A stretch of 64,000 bases of DNA, taken from the NCBI GenBank assembly GCA_963703345.1, contig OY969814.1:1824001-1888000 (forward strand), given 5' to 3'. Of this stretch, positions 61,030 to 64,000 are shown in pieces. The notes under the pieces were generated by a model. The model was not told where the DNA came from and searched no databases. It was given only the letters and a program-made list of their open reading frames with translations. Source of the DNA: an uncultured Chloroflexia bacterium. Lineage in GTDB: Bacteria; Chloroflexota; Dehalococcoidia; DSTF01; JALHUB01. The position numbers and the translations under genes were made by a program. Positions within the stretch are counted from its first letter, which is position 1. Every line of letters begins with the position of its first letter.

Positions 61030-62034
61030 CTACCGTAGCACGACGTAGAGGATGAACGCCACGTAGAGGATGCCTGCCCGCGCCAGGACGGTCGGACTGA
61101 GATGACCTCGGCGTGTTATCGACAGGAAGACTATCGCCGTCGACAGGAGAGCGATTCCCGCCGAGACCAGCGCCGGCTGCGTCAGCTCCCAGGGCGTGAA
61201 GATGAGTCCGACCGAGACCGGGATACAGCTCTGGAAGACCATCGCGCCGCTGATGTTGCCCATCGCCAGCGTGTCCTTGCGCTGTCGCACCCAGATGACG
61301 CTGTTGAACTTCTCCGGCAGCTCCGTCGCCAGGGGCGAGAGGATGAGGGCGAGGACAAGAGCGGGCACGTTGAGATGCGTCGCCACTGTTCCCAGGTTGG
61401 ACACGAAAAGCCGCGCGCCGAGGATCATCACCGCCAGCGCCCCGAAGAACTGCAACACGCTCAGCAGCAGCGAGGCCTCTTCGGTCGGGTAGCGGACGGC
61501 CCGCTCAAGGTAGAGCTTCTCCGGCATCTCGACCGTCGCGCCGCCGCGGGTCACCGTCCGGTAGACGTAGAAGGCGTAGAAGAGGAGCAGCAGGACGGCG
61601 AACCCGACCTTCAGACCGTGGTTGGGCAAAAAGCTGGAGAGCACGACGAGGGCGTAGACGACGATGAAGTAGCCCATATCGCGGCGAAGGATGTTGGCGT
61701 TGACCTGCATCTCTCGCGGGCGGCGGCCGCTGCGGGCGAAAGCGAGCACGGCGGCGCCGGTGACGAAGAAGGCTGCCGTCGACAGCATGAACGGCGCGCC
61801 CAGAATAGCGCCAATGCCTATGTCGTCGTGCGTGGCGCCGGTGCTGAAGAGGATGGCGATCAGCGGGATGAGCGTCTCCGGCATGGCGGTGCCGACGGCT
61901 GCCAGGATGCTGCCCACAGCGCCTTCGTTCAGGCGCAGGTGGAGGCCGATCCACTCGACAGCGTTCGTGAACAGCTCGGCGGCGGCAAGGATGATGGCGA
62001 GGCTGACAAGGAGAAGGACAAGGGCTATCGCCAT
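61030..62034 (-). CDS. Na+/Ca2+ antiporter (CaCA family)
   Basis: GTAMPE and ATELPE alpha repeats, GNISG. Confidence 0.9.
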   Translation of the reverse strand: MAIALVLLLVSLAIILAAAELFTNAVEWIGLHLRLNEGAVGSILAAVGTAMPETLIPLIAILFSTGATHDDIGIGAILGAPFMLSTAAFFVTGAAVLAFARSGRRPREMQVNANILRRDMGYFIVVYALVVLSSFLPNHGLKVGFAVLLLLFYAFYVYRTVTRGGATVEMPEKLYLERAVRYPTEEASLLLSVLQFFGALAVMILGARLFVSNLGTVATHLNVPALVLALILSPLATELPEKFNSVIWVRQRKDTLAMGNISGAMVFQSCIPVSVGLIFTPWELTQPALVSAGIALLSTAIVFLSITRRGHLSPTVLARAGILYVAFILYVVLR

Positions 62035-62114
62035 TCGCTCCCTCGTGACACGGCCGGCTGAAGTGGCATCCTGCTCATCGCTCGGAGTATAGCACCAGCG
62101 ACGGCTAGTGCAGA

Positions 62115-62144
62115 TTGACTGTCCTTCGCTTCTCTCAATACACT
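62115..62144 (+). promoter_or_regulatory. Putative promoter of the mutase operon
   Basis: TTGACT-18 nt-TACACT. Confidence 0.5.
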
Positions 62145-62170
62145 GACACCACCAACGCCGGGAGAGGACC

Positions 62171-63826
62171 GTGACAAGCGACAGCAAGGCCGATTGGGAG
62201 GAGAGCACCCTGAAACGCTCTCTCGAAAGCGCGGAGCAGCTCCGGGAGCGCTTCGAGTCGAGCTCAGGCGCGGACGTGGCGCCGCTCTACTGCCCGGAGG
62301 ACCTGCCGGACTGGGACTACGTCCGGAAGCTGGGCTATCCCGGCGAGTTCCCTTTCACCCGCGGCGTCCAGGCAAGCATGTACCGCGGCCGTCTGTGGAC
62401 GATGCGCCAGTACGCCGGCTTCGGCGACGCGGCGGACTCGAACCGGCGCTATCGCTATTTGCTGGAGCAGGGGCAGACGGGTATATCCGTCGCCTTCGAC
62501 CTGCCGACGCAGATGGGCTACGACGCCGATCACCCGCGCGCCGAAGGGGAAGTGGGCAAGGTCGGCGTCTCGATTTGCAACGCCGCGGATGTCGAAGAGC
62601 TTTTCGACGGCATCCCGCTTGATCGCGTCACGACCTCGATGACGATCAACGCGACGGCGCCCGTCCTGCTGGCGTTCTACGTCGCGACGGCGAAGAAGCG
62701 CGGCATCGACGTGCGGCGCTTGGGCGGCACGGTCCAGAACGACGTCCTCAAGGAATACATTGCCCGCGGCACCTACATCTTCCCGCCGCGTCCGTCGATG
62801 CGCCTGGCCACGGACATCTTCGCTTATTGCCGGCAGCACCTGCCCTCCTGGAACACGATAAGCATCAGCGGCTACCACATGCGCGAGGCGGGCTCGACGG
62901 CGGCGCAGGAGGTGGCGTTTACTCTGGCGGACGGCATCGCCTACGTCGAGGGAGCAATCCGCACCGGCCTGGCCGTCGACGAGTTTGCGCCGCGCCTTTC
63001 CTTCTTCTTCGCCAGCCACAGCAATCTGCTCGAAGAGGTCGCGAAGTTCCGGGCCGCCCGCCGTCTGTGGGCGACGATTATGCGCGACCGCTTCGATGCC
63101 CGCGACCCGCGCTCGCTGATGCTGCGGTTTCACACGCAGACCGGCGGCGCCACCCTCACGGCGCAGCAGCCGGACAACAACGTCGTTCGCGTGGCCCTGG
63201 AGGCGCTGTCCGCCGTGCTGGGGGGCACGCAATCGCTGCACACGAACGCGCTGGACGAGGCGCTGGCCCTGCCGAGCGAGCGGGCCGTCCAGATTGCGCT
63301 ACGTACGCAGCAGGTCATCGCCTATGAGAGCGACGTCGCGGACACGATCGACCCGCTGGCCGGTTCGTATTATGTCGAGTCGCTGACCGACCAGATCGAG
63401 GAGGAGTCGCGCGAATACATTCGCCGCATCGACGAGATGGGCGGCGCGACGGCGGCAATCGATCAGGGCTTCCAGCAGCGGGAGATCCAGGCTAACGCCT
63501 ATCGCCTGCAACGCGAGATGGAGGACGAGAAGCGGGTGGTTGTGGGCGTCAACAAGTTCCGCAGCGAAGATGACTATTCGCCGGCGCTGTTGCGGGTCGA
63601 TCCGCAGGTCGGCGCCCGTCAGCGCTGCCGGCTAGAGGAGTTGCGGCGCAATCGTGATGCGGCAAAAGCGCAAGCGGCGCTCGACGGCCTGGCGAAGGCG
63701 GCGGAAGGCAGCGAGAACACGATGCCGTTCTTCGTCGAGTGCGCGGAGAGCGGCGTCACGCTGGGCGAGATGTGCGACGTGCTGCGCGGCATCTGGGGCG
63801 AGCAGAAGGAGTCGCTGGTCTTCTGA
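62171..63826 (+). CDS. Methylmalonyl-CoA mutase, substrate-binding (large) subunit
   Basis: [16 protein letters not shown] (Tyr specificity residue), [24 protein letters not shown]; no B12-binding domain. Confidence 0.95.
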   Translation: MTSDSKADWEESTLKRSLESAEQLRERFESSSGADVAPLYCPEDLPDWDYVRKLGYPGEFPFTRGVQASMYRGRLWTMRQYAGFGDAADSNRRYRYLLEQGQTGISVAFDLPTQMGYDADHPRAEGEVGKVGVSICNAADVEELFDGIPLDRVTTSMTINATAPVLLAFYVATAKKRGIDVRRLGGTVQNDVLKEYIARGTYIFPPRPSMRLATDIFAYCRQHLPSWNTISISGYHMREAGSTAAQEVAFTLADGIAYVEGAIRTGLAVDEFAPRLSFFFASHSNLLEEVAKFRAARRLWATIMRDRFDARDPRSLMLRFHTQTGGATLTAQQPDNNVVRVALEALSAVLGGTQSLHTNALDEALALPSERAVQIALRTQQVIAYESDVADTIDPLAGSYYVESLTDQIEEESREYIRRIDEMGGATAAIDQGFQQREIQANAYRLQREMEDEKRVVVGVNKFRSEDDYSPALLRVDPQVGARQRCRLEELRRNRDAAKAQAALDGLAKAAEGSENTMPFFVECAESGVTLGEMCDVLRGIWGEQKESLVF

Positions 63827-64000
63827 TGATCAAGGGAATCGCGCACGTCGGGATCGCCGTCAGGAGCCTGGAGAAAAGCCTCGCGTTCTATCGCGACGCC
63901 CTGGGCCTGCCGCTGCTGAAGGTCGAGGAGCTGGCTGACGAGAAGGCAAGAGCGGCGCTCTTGCAACTGGGCGACACGCAGGTCGAGCTGCTGGAGCCGC
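63826..64000 (+). CDS. mce: Methylmalonyl-CoA epimerase (VOC family), partial
   Basis: [16 protein letters not shown]...FYRDALGL...VELLEP; ATG overlaps the mutase TGA. Confidence 0.8.
   Translation, partial: MIKGIAHVGIAVRSLEKSLAFYRDALGLPLLKVEELADEKARAALLQLGDTQVELLEP

Noticed and set aside
62035-62170. Cobalamin riboswitch upstream of the mutase
   Set aside because: The leader is too short and has no B12-box; only promoter-like elements are visible.

Overview
High-GC bacterial chromosomal window. Gene style suggests Chloroflexota, probably Dehalococcoidia-like; this is an inference. Most of it is housekeeping or metabolic: a FadF-like Fe-S oxidoreductase, a NarL/HisKA_3 two-component pair, crotonase, abfD, ilvD, acyl-CoA ligase, thyX, rplU-rpmA-rpmE, hisH-hisA-hisF-hisI with two inserted genes, mreBCD-mrdA-rodA, ligA, and methylmalonyl-CoA mutase and epimerase. 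There are also many envelope glycosyltransferases. I found no rRNA, tRNA, CRISPR array or transposase. The main points of interest are: (1) a stand-alone transcription unit at ~23215-23520 with a promoter, strong RBS, a 19-aa Trp-rich ORF, a heavily base-paired 3' region and a terminator; (2) a c-di-AMP (ydaO) riboswitch controlling a membrane GT2, with a 58-bp x ~7.7 tandem array just upstream; (3) a serine-recombinase-fold protein lacking the catalytic Ser and rich in Cys; (4) three tandem lipoproteins carrying five copies of an unnamed ~85-aa domain, downstream of a triple ArnT/PMT-like glycosylation operon; (5) a cluster of degenerate proteins (GH38-like, two Asp-less NarL paralogues, and an SSNEF GGDEF protein with an intact I-site); (6) apparent non-canonical starts for rplU (ATT) and hisA (ACG). 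Coordinates and base-pairings were read by eye and no database searches were run.
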